NCBI GenBank assembly: GCA_000442015.1
Contig: KE561154.1
Span: 119,585-139,584 of the forward strand
Reading direction: 5' to 3'
DNA from: Rozella allomycis CSF55
Taxonomy: Eukaryota
DNA: 20,000 nt
Shown here: one piece after another, positions 10,358 to 19,465 of the stretch
Layout of the letters: every line of letters begins with the position of its first letter
Numbering within the stretch: position 1 is the first letter of the stretch
Notes under the pieces: generated by a model
Database searches by the model: none
Seen by the model: only the letters and a program-made list of their open reading frames with translations
Told to the model about the DNA's origin: nothing
Translations under genes and position numbers: made by a program

Positions 10358-11449
10358 TGTATCATGGCCTGAGAGATGAACGGATGTGTACGCATGGAGT
10401 CAATTCCTGCACGAGCATTGACCCAATTCACTGCCACGGCGGTGTAGAAATTTGACGGGGTTTAAATTCTTAACCATATTAAATTGAATTGTTCCTGGAA
10501 CGATACTCTCGTCTTCTTCCAAGAGTTCTTCAGGAAATTCTTCACATTCTCCTGTTGTAAACATAAGCGCTCATTGTGCCCGTCTCGAAGGGTTGTGAAC
10601 ATTTGTCACATAGCTTCTTGACAAAATCCTTTCTGGCCTTTTTCTTCTCCTCCGATTTTCCTGAGTTATCTCCTGTTCCGCTCTTGCGAGCTCTAAAGTC
10701 TTCAGTGTTGTGCCTAATCCTTGAATTGTTCTTATGGCATTCACAATAATAAGTGGTTGTGACTTTCGTTTTAGCAGGGCTACCGGAATTTTCCTTCTGA
10801 GTCTCAACTCTTCTACTTNAAATGATACTAATGGGAATGCCATTATCGTCGCCCATGTCAAAGACCTCAAAGCGATGCTTGATTTATTGTCTCCAAGGCA
10901 AATAGTTATCTCTTCAGTTATTCTTCTTCTTGGCGTAGTAGTTGATNTAACCATGGCTGGAGAAATGAAGGAATGTGTACTCATTCAATCTATTCCCGCA
11001 CGGGCATTACCCCATTTACTGATATGGCTGTGTACAAAAATTTGACATGGTTCAAGTTTTTAACCATGTTGAATTGGATTTTTCCTGGTACGATAATCTC
11101 ATCTTCTTCCAAGAGTTCTTCAGGGAATTCTTCGCGGAGATCTATTCTCCTGTTATGAACGTTAGACGGTGATTCTTTATTCTTCCTTCTTTTTTCACAG
11201 ACTTCATTGTGGCCCTTCTCGTAAGGTTGTGCACACTTATCACAGCGTTTCTTGATGAAAACCTTTCTGGCNTAAAAAATATTTATATATTTATAAATAA
11301 CTTTTAAAAAGCTATATTGTCATATATTTATTTTTTGGATTTGGTGATTCCACTCTTGGATTATTCTTATGGACTTCGCAATAATAAGAGGTTGTGACTT
11401 TCTTTTTAGCAGGACTACCAGGAGCTTCCTTTAGAGTCTCCACTCTTCT
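10358..11449 (-). mobile_element. Gag C-terminus and aspartic protease fragments of the same Gypsy-like family, inverted
   Basis: Pieces 10358-10818, 10820-10946, 10948-11271 and about 11351-11449. The 10948-11271 piece reads ARKVFIKKRCDKCAQPYEKGHNEVCEK...EEDEIIVPGKIQFNMVKNLNHVKFLYTAISVNGV/NARAGID*MSTHSFISPAMV, the retropepsin N-terminal half. These are reverse-complement matches to the 9480-10310 fragments. Confidence 0.8.
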
Positions 11450-11587
11450 NTAAACACTGTAATAACATAAAATATGTAATTTTCTGAGAATTTTTTTGGC
11501 ACAGAAACCTTTTTCATTTCGCAGTTGTTATATTCTAGTATTCTACTTTTGATTTCAGATTGCAAAACGTTTCAATCGTGAATCGTG

Positions 11588-11827
11588 ATGGATAATGATG
11601 TCAACAGTCATTCGGTGATAATGTTTCCAGCGGATGTAATAAAATCGAGAATCCAAGCGCAGCAAGGAAACGGATTCTACCATACAGCGAGACAATTGTT
11701 TGCATCAGAAGGGATACGCGGATTGTACAGAGGATGTGGAATAACGATAGCGAGATCTATTCCCACGAGTGGATTAATGTTTTTAGTGTATGAATGGACG
11801 CTAAAAGCAGCGCAGCGTGAAACATGA
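11588..11827 (+). CDS. Mitochondrial carrier (SLC25) family, only the last of three repeats; partial gene or pseudogene
   Basis: Signature Px[DE]xx[KR]x[RK] (PADVIKSRIQ) and EGxRGLYRG, followed by RSIPTSGLMFLVYE and a stop. Resembles ornithine/carnitine-type carriers. Repeats 1-2 are not seen between N11450 and 11588. Confidence 0.75.
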   Translation: MDNDVNSHSVIMFPADVIKSRIQAQQGNGFYHTARQLFASEGIRGLYRGCGITIARSIPTSGLMFLVYEWTLKAAQRET

Positions 11828-11943
11828 AAAAATCATCACCATCACAATATATAAAGGATCAAAATGAATAAAACAATTTAAAAACAAATTACAGGTCATA
11901 AAGTTTTGGTATTTGGTGTCTTCAGTCCAACTCAGTAGCAGAA

Positions 11944-12032
11944 CTGGTTTATAATCATCCCTGTGCTAGTAAAACGGCGCAGCACACTTGAATTTTTTCA
12001 AGCGCCGCAAAATAATCTTGTGGTTAAACCAG
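11944..12032 (-). ncRNA. Candidate structured RNA: closing helix enclosing an H-type pseudoknot
   Basis: Complementary pairs: 11944-11951/12025-12032 (8 bp), 11962-11967/11981-11986 (6 bp), 11975-11980/12002-12007 (6 GC bp, crossing the previous stem) and 11988-11992/11997-12001 (5 bp). Lies in a GC-richer island in an AT-rich intergenic region. Strand and expression are not established. Confidence 0.35.
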
Positions 12033-12077
12033 ACAAAATAATACAAAATATTTAATAAATAAAAGATGAAAAATAGT

Positions 12078-15000
12078 TTATTCGGCGTTGATAATGAGTT
12101 TGATATTCATAGCACACAGTTCAGCGGCGAGATAGCGAAAGACAAAGGGCAATTCAATGACATCGATGCCTTTATCGTGGTCGCAGAACCTGCAGGTGAC
12201 TTTTCCGGCATAGTCGACGGCTGATTCGGGAACATTCATGACTGAGAGGATGCTGCCACATGATCTGCAGACTAGAGAGTGAGTAAAGTCTGAGCAGTTC
12301 ATTAAACGATCTTTTAAGAGGAACGACACACCGTGAGCCAATAGAGAATCGCGCTCCATTTCACCGAAACGGATACCACCAGCTCTCTTTCTTCCTTTGA
12401 TGGGCTGCTGCGTGAGTTGATGTACAGGACCAGTTGTTCTAACTTGAAATTTGTCGTTAACCTTGAATGAATAGAGAATGATAATATTACCATGTGTCTT
12501 AATCTTTGGTAGTAGACAACCCCAATGTAAATGTCTGCTCTCATTTCAGTGCCGTAGATGCCAGAGTACATTGGCTCATTTCCATAATAATTGTAGCCAG
12601 CTTTTTTCAACTGTTCACCAAAGTGATCAACAGCCATGAATTTTTCATTGAAATTGAATGGGGTTGCATCTTGGCAGATTCCATGCATGGCGCCACTTTT
12701 ACCAGCCATTGATTCAACAAACATACCTAGGATGAGAGTAAAGAGAGATTTGTACCGATTGTCATACGAGAAGGAAAGGCGTGAGGATTGATGATAACAT
12801 CAGGTGTCATACCAGATTCAGTGAATGGCATGTCAACAGTTTTGTATTTTTGCGAACAAACACCTTTTTGCCCGTGACGAGAACTGAATTTGTCTCCAAT
12901 GACTGGATTTCTATCAATTCTTAAAGTAATGTTAATCTTTTGCAAGGGACCATCATTTTCATCAGAAACGAGTCTGATTCTATCGATTATAGCATCTTCT
13001 AATCCTTTATATTTTTCAAAAGAAACTTGGCCAGTGATTGTGTTGATGTAAGAATAGAAAACATCGCCATTTTTAATTTTAGAACCGAGATAGGGAAGAC
13101 CATCGTTGTCTAGATGAGGATGATCTTGTTTGCCTTGTTCATCAATACCAAAAAAGTGGCAGATTGGTTCCCCTTTGATTCTCTTGTCAGAAATGTCAAT
13201 AAATTCAGATTTATAAATAGACCCATGACCAAAGCCTCTTTCAAATGAATTCTTGTTCAAAATCATGGCATCTTCCATGTCGTAGCCAGTGTAAGAAATA
13301 ACAGCAACGATGGCATTGTTACCGTTTGGAAATTGATCGAATCCATAATCCAGATGAGCTTTGTTTGGACGAACGATTGGAGATTGAGAATAAATGATTC
13401 TGTAGAGTTTATTGTCAGTTCTGTGATGGTAAATGGAAGAAGGAGTTCCCATAGTTTGTTTACCCATCTGACATTGATACATGTTACGTGGAGATTGATT
13501 AAAGTCAGAAAATGGAGTCACATTCGCTATAACAGACAAAATATTATTTGGATTTATTTCCTTGTGGGTTGTTACATTATTTATTATTTCATTATCAACA
13601 CAAGCAATGTTCATGTAAACTTGTTCTAATGATCCAACCATTTCAACTTGTAAATCATATCTTAAACTTTGAATTGGTCTAATCATTCTAGCTGGGGTAG
13701 TAAATATAAATAGACCAGGATACAATCCTCCATTAGTTTGGGGAATAAACGCAGTTTCTATCATTTTAAATTTCTCTTGTTTTATTTTCAATCTTCTCAA
13801 TTTAATTTCAAAATCTTTTATTATAGAATTTAAAATGTATCCAATAATGCATCCATCTAATGAAACTATCAATGAATCCAACGGTCTCTTTTCAGTTACA
13901 ATCATTCCCATCTCAATCAACTTTAAAATTAATTCATCCTTCTTTTGATACAAATCAATTCCTTCTTCTACAACAATCTCACACTGATGACTCAAATGAT
14001 TCAATAGACCACAAGGCGATCCATCAGGCGTATGAACAGGACACAGAAACCCCCACGCTTCTGGCAACAATTTTCTAACTGTTGTTGTTTTCAATTCAGC
14101 AAAAAATGATCCTCTATGCACACATCTAAAATGTGATAAATATCTATAAAAATTCAACTTTTCTGCTACAATTGTATACCCTGACACTTGCTGAAGATCC
14201 ATCCCTGTCTCGGTAACCAAATTTCCTGTTGCTAAAAAATACTCCATCTTTCTTCCAATATCAGATGGCAGTTTAGCTAATATCCCTTTAATATAATTAT
14301 CATTAATAAAATCAATCTTTTTATTCTTTCCTTCATTCTCAACATACATCTTTAATGATCTCAAATAATCATTCATCTTTTCTTTAAAATACTGCAAATA
14401 CAAAAACCCAGACAACAAAATCTCTTGATTCATTGGAGAATCTGGATTATCTGCAGTTATATCCCCTGCAACCAATGAATACAACTTTTTAGTCATAAAA
14501 CAAAGCAAATTCAACTTGTCTTGGTTCTTATTCAAATGCACAAACAATATATCCCTCAACAACTCTTCCCCAACTTGCTCATCACTAATCTCATGACTCA
14601 CATTCATCACAACCCTAAATTTACTCCCCAAATACGCTAAACATTGCTCTTTCGTATACAAATTATACTTTTTAAACGACATCAACAATATCTCAACTCG
14701 CTCCTTTAAAAACGTATTCTTCTCATCCCCCTGTACCAACAATTCATACAACTCTTTATCATTCACATGCATCAACGCCTATTCAACCCTAAAATTCATC
14801 TTACTTTGGCTATCAACACCCATGGAATCAAATACTCTTGCTTCCTCATTGAAAATCTAACTGTAACAGTTCCATCAGTCAAATAATGCAACGTCACAGT
14901 CTGCGTACTTTGATCCTTCCTAGCACATCTAATAGTCGTTCCAAACTGCGTATAAGACGATCCTCTCTTCACAAACGACGGTCTAGTCAGCGCCAACACA

Positions 15001-15572
15001 TGATTCCTCCTCTGCACAATCAACAATCTTATAATCCTCTCAATCCCATGGATAATAAAATATCCCCCAAACTCTTCAGCCTCCTCCTTGTGCTTCACAA
15101 GCATCTCAGGCGACGCATTATGCAAATGACACTGCGCAGACTTGACCATCAACGGCAAATGTCCAAACGACTTTTTCTCAAATCTCGGCTCATGGTCATC
15201 CAATTTAAATCCAATCGTCGCGGTAATCTTGCCTCGATACGTTATCCCACGCTCACGGCACTCGCGCGGATACACATTTCTACTCGACACACTCCAACAT
15301 TTTTACCTGTCAAGCGATGCTCGGTCGCGCTCAGGCACCATGCATTTTCCAACTTGCACATCCTCTATCCACACACTCAAACGGCGGTTGTGGCCATCGT
15401 ACAGGTGGTACACCGGCAAATCATTAATCGCTTCCTCCAACAGTCCTCCATCAAATATTGCGTTGAAAGAATCAAGATGCGGCCGTATAAGATTATGCAG
15501 CTTTGGATAACTCGTCTGCTCGGGCGGATTCTTGAAATCACCCTCCCGTTTTAAAGTTTCAAACGAACTCAT
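12078..15572 (-). CDS. RPA2: DNA-directed RNA polymerase I second-largest subunit (A135)
   Basis: Five exons with introns 15280-15306, 14779-14804, 12727-12755 and 12462-12490 give 1127 aa. Conserved motifs: [104 protein letters not shown] and a C-terminal zinc ribbon. The variants are Pol I-specific. Confidence 0.98.
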
Positions 15573-15713
15573 AAAAAAAGATAACGACCAGGGTTGACAC
15601 ACTCGAAATAGTTTATCATTAAAATGTACTACAATAGAATAGATATTACAATTTATATAATAATTTATGAGTGAAAATGTACTACGCAGTTTTTAGATTC
15701 TTGTAATCGTGCT

Positions 15714-16769
15714 CTATAGCGACTCTAAGAATGCCCGGTACTCCTTGTCGACTTGCTGACTGCTTTTATTTTGTTTTCGCTTTTTGGATATAGTCGCAGG
15801 AACAAGCGTTACCAGATCAGCTTGCAAGTCCCGCATCTCTGGTTCCGCAGATATCACACTCGGCGCATATGCTAATATTTCATCAATTGTCTTGGGTTTA
15901 AGTACATTTTCAATTTCTGTATTTACAACTGGATCAACAACTGCGGTTTTTTCTTCTTGCACTTCTGCTTCACTGTCTGACCCATAGTCTGCAATACCAA
16001 GCAACCCATTTGTTTGAACAGGTTCCCCATCTTCATTATCGTTCTCCTTTGCATATGGAATTTCTTTATTATGAACGGGCTGTGGAGCGCTTTCGATTGT
16101 AGCATTTTGTGCTCTTTGGGTCGCGACTCCCGGTTCCAGAAAATCAGGCATATGAAGTGCAGGATGATCACTATCAATCTTCATTTTATCTCCTGGAAAA
16201 CATTTCTGCATTACAAGATACGAAATCAACTCGTGTGGCGGAGGAATGCCAAGCGGAAGCGGCGGTAACTCATCGTCAAGGTATTCTATTGTTTTCATAG
16301 TATAACATTCATACCATCCAATCCATCATCGACTTTCTCTCCTCTTTGGATGGCCTTGTTTTCACGCTTTATTTCCGTCATTAACCTGTCAAAAATTTAA
16401 AACACAGCTACCTTTCATAATCAAATTCAGGCATTTCAATTGGCGGTAATCCCGATGCAGCACGACTAGCACGCACTTGATTAAACTTATCCATTAAAGT
16501 CTTCTTTTTCATTCTACCACTCGGATCAAGCCGACCTTCGAATTCTAATTGTGCATAACATAGTATTTATACCTAATACTTGAAGCTTTTGAATCTGTCT
16601 AATAAGCCGCGAAGGGTCTTTGGATAGATACGATGGTCCTGACGGTTTCTTGAAACTTTTTTCCAGTTTCTGTTTTGAGCGCTCTCTGTTTTTTTGACTT
16701 TTACCTTTATCAATAAAAATATATTTGCGTACGATATTTTTCCACTTCGCCGAGTTCTTTTTTGGCCAT
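15714..16769 (-). CDS. WBP11: WW domain-binding protein 11-like splicing factor
   Basis: Introns 16705-16732, 16545-16572, 16386-16411 and 16286-16314 give 314 aa. N-terminal KDPSRLIRQIQKLQVLEFEGRL...KKKTL matches the Wbp11 domain. Also a proline-rich LPPLPLGIPPP, the VISAEPEMRDL...LVPA motif and a terminal YRAFLESL. Confidence 0.8.
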
Positions 16770-16814
16770 CTGTATTTTTTCGAAATTTGGATTTAATGTT
16801 AGGACTCCATCCAN

Positions 16815-17138
16815 GATCGTTGATGTCAATTTCAATTTCATTTCATCTTCAGGTAAATTCAATTCCATAGGACTATGAACTGGTAAGTTACCACAGGATT
16901 TCATCGAAATAGGGGCATTGAATTCGAGAAGGATTTTGACTGAATGCCATTTGTCATTCAAGTCATTATCACCATCTAATTGTGAGGAATTTCGTTTTTT
17001 AAAAGTCCCTAATACGCTCTTGATGTGCTTTGAATCCACCATTTTGATAAAACTCTTCAATGTATCATCATCTACATCTTGGGCCTCTCTTATAAATTTA
17101 TAGAATTTAAACAAATCCTTGTTCTTGCTCGTTTTCAA
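16815..17138 (-). CDS. Hypothetical coding fragment on an isolated small contig
   Basis: 108 open codons with protein-like composition, running into gap N16814. No recognisable motif and no clear ATG start. Confidence 0.35.
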
Positions 17139-17338
17139 TGGCTATCAACATTTCTATCGATGCTATAGGGTAATNATATTAATGACGCTGATTTTTGTGT
17201 TGATGTATATCAATTATCTTTAATATTAGTCTATACAAAAAAAATAAATTACTGAACCGTAAACGATTTTTTATTACAAAGAAAGCATCTTTCCTCTTCT
17301 TTGAAGCATTTCTTCCTTTTCTTTTCAATACATTTGAA

Positions 17339-17450
17339 TGCCTACCTGAATCACCGAAAATTTCCGAAAATCGAACTAACCCTTTCCGGGGTTTTCGGGT
17401 GAGGCAGGGTTCGACTCCTTGGTGACTTTGACGATGTGGATCCCTCATCC
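17339..17450 (+). other. GC-rich multi-stem element with pseudoknot potential and a tRNA T-arm/B-box motif
   Basis: Stems: 17339-17350/17394-17406, 17351-17357/17419-17425, 17371-17377/17408-17414 and 17378-17382/17389-17393, plus an alternative 17397-17404/17443-17450. GGTTCGACTCC is at 17408-17418. Confidence 0.4.
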
Positions 17451-17518
17451 TTAATAAATACGATTATTGACTTAATTGTATATATTTTAAAAAAAACAAT
17501 CAAAAACCGTTGAATTCA

Positions 17519-17590
17519 ATAACCCCCTCAACCCTAACCCTACCCTAACACTTCCTAACAACCCTAAAAACTCCCTATCAACCCTAAAAT
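17519..17590 (+). repeat. Degenerate telomere-like (CCCTAA) tract
   Basis: aaccccctcaaccctaaccctaccctaacacttcctaacaaccctaaaaactccctatcaaccctaaaa: about eight CCCTAA-like units, four of them exact. Confidence 0.7.
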
Positions 17591-17709
17591 TCCACGTAGG
17601 CGACAATCACACTTTTGATAAATTGTACTTTAAAGGGACTAATTTTTCGGAATTTATCGAGAGTTTTGGCAAACTCGGAAACTCCCTTATTTTTCACAAA
17701 ACATCGTGC

Positions 17710-18042
17710 TTCGTATGATTACTGCATCATGCATATTTACGTTTTACGAAAAGCATTTTGTTTCTAGCGGTTGTAATCGCTTGACGCTTCGCTTAGTAGA
17801 CGCGTACATTAATNTCTTTATTGTTACTTCTTTTCGTGTTCTTTTCGATGAACTTATTGGAAATGGAGCAGCTGTTGCCGTGTGAAATTGGACAACTGTG
17901 GGCCCCTCAGTCAACTTCACGAGTATTATTCCTTCGGNTTCGTATGATTACTGCATCATGCATATTTACGTTTTACGAAAAGCATTTTGTTTCTAGCGGT
18001 TGTAATCGCTTGACGCTTCGCTTAGTAGACGCGTACATTAAT
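17710..18042. repeat. Identical 104-bp direct duplication flanking two gaps (probable scaffolding overlap)
   Basis: 17710-17813 equals 17939-18042. The first copy ends at N17814 and the second starts after N17938. Confidence 0.9.
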
Positions 18043-18471
18043 AGAGTTACATATATCCGGGTTCGCGCGCTATTTAGCACATAAGGTCCCCGGTTCCTAC
18101 CACTGTACCACATTGTCCATAGTTAGGGTTTGTACTCTCTTCACTCGAATTCCTATTGAAAGAAGATGATTTTTATAGACGCAAAGGCGAGACTACGAGG
18201 AGAATATTGTTTATTTAATATTTGCACAATGCACATTCCATTTTACCCACATCCGAAACGCTTAGAGAGTAGTTTTGGCTCTTACGACAACTCATAAGCA
18301 CTCGCTATAGCAAATAGGCCTATAATCAAGCGAAAATTTGATTGTCGAAATGAATGAAGATTCTCTTTTCGTCCTAAATGATCGTTTTTGTTATAATTCG
18401 TGTAAATGAACTAACATAAATCAATTTCTCAATATAAATTTCAAGAACATGTTTTTTATGAAATACTACTC

Positions 18472-19286
18472 TTAAATCTTAATTTTCTTGCGATTCTTTG
18501 AACCAAAACAGTTTCTGAGTTGAGTAAGAGAATCTTCAATCATTTCGACAGTCAAATTTTCGCTACATGCTCCAGGTGAGATAGATTTGACAGCAGTCAT
18601 AAACCAATTGAACCAGCGAAGAATTTCAGACAAACCGGGGCTTGAGATGTAAGTGCCGTCATCTCCAGCATTAAGGACTACGAGAGCAGAAGCATATACA
18701 GTCCCATCTACATCAATAGCAAAGAAGCGAAAGAGATCTCCATTGGTTAGAACAGCAAATACAGGAGTATTCTTTCCAGCGTCCAACCGTTTCTTGAGCA
18801 AACATCCAGCTTCACAAAGGACTTGATGAATTGAACTATCAGGCCATTCCCTTTTCGCTTCCACAACCAAAAGAACCGAGTCCATAGAATGAACAGATTT
18901 GTTTTCAGCCTGTGTAGCCGAATCCAGGCCCTTCCCAGTCATTTCTGACTTCACAAAATCCCCAAAGTCGAGGTTGTAAGGATTGCGTCAATGACAATTC
19001 GACAGGCTTTTTCGTTTTCCAAAACCCACACACTCTTGATTCTTCTGAGGTTCTCACACAAGAATTCACTCGCAACTGAAGTAGGAAATGAAGTTGGGAT
19101 GTGCAACGAAGGTGCATAATAATAGACATAGCCAAGGTTCAACGCTAGACCATCAGGTCTAACACAGTGTTCATAAGTAGCTTTAGAAAAACTAATAGAT
19201 GGCTTTTTCTTATTTCTGAATTGCTGGACTTGTTTCCATTCTTCTTCTGTGAGTTCATTTATGTTCTTGCTCAATAGTTCGTCCAT
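18472..19286 (-). pseudogene. Crinkler-like / restriction-endonuclease-fold PD-(D/E)xK protein, two frameshifts
   Basis: Three consecutive frames read ...ENEKACRIVIDAIL / GFCEVRNDWEGPGFGYTG / ...LLVVEAKREWPDSSIHQVLCEAGCLL...VFAVLTNGDLFRFFAI. NExxxR, VVEAK, Q and LTNGxxxxF are motifs of HsdR_N-like/CR-REase domains. No GT-AG intron repairs the shifts at about 18975 and 18908. Confidence 0.7.
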
Positions 19287-19465
19287 TGTATTTTGACAAA
19301 ACCTTAGCCACTTTTCTTCCAAATTTAGGTTTCATCTACCTTCTAGAATATGTCGCCGTTGAACCCAGAAAGTACTTTTAACTATTGCTCACTGTGCGAT
19401 TGAATACTTAAGTGTCCGCATAAATGATTCTTTGACAAGTCTTGCTAACTGGGCAGGGAGATTTT

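Larger units (their letters stand above)
1146..17938. other. Thirty single-N scaffold joins
   Basis: N at 1146, 1542, 6044, 6740, 6871, 7078, 7178, 7552, 7649, 7810, 7969, 8119, 8230, 8348, 8545, 8779, 8901, 9053, 9597, 9964, 10059, 10357, 10819, 10947, 11272, 11450, 16814, 17175, 17814 and 17938. Homology switches abruptly at most of them. Confidence 0.92.

Noticed and set aside
7064..11158. ORF-track proteins containing X as novel repetitive genes or a CRISPR-like/cassette array
   Set aside because: They read across single-N joins between unrelated contigs. The repeats are overlapping gag fragments, with no constant repeat-spacer period.
14886..15554. 222-aa plus-strand ORF and other antisense ORFs over RPA2, WBP11, Nudix and PNUTS
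   Set aside because: Shadows of conserved genes on the opposite strand, with no motifs.
15621..15685. 12-bp direct repeat AAAATGTACTAC between WBP11 and RPA2
   Set aside because: Too short and AT-rich to support a regulatory call.
16710..17138. 142-aa ORF as an N-terminal extension of WBP11
   Set aside because: Crosses N16814. WBP11 has its own ATG at 16769 at the expected position.
17348..17429. tRNA gene
   Set aside because: The T-arm and a weak acceptor stem are present, but there is no A-box/D-loop GG and no 7-nt anticodon loop. Kept only as a tRNA-like element.
17710..18042. 104-bp direct repeats flanking a 123-bp insert as a mini LTR element
   Set aside because: Copies are identical and end or start exactly at Ns, the signature of an unmerged contig overlap. 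There are no TG...CA ends.
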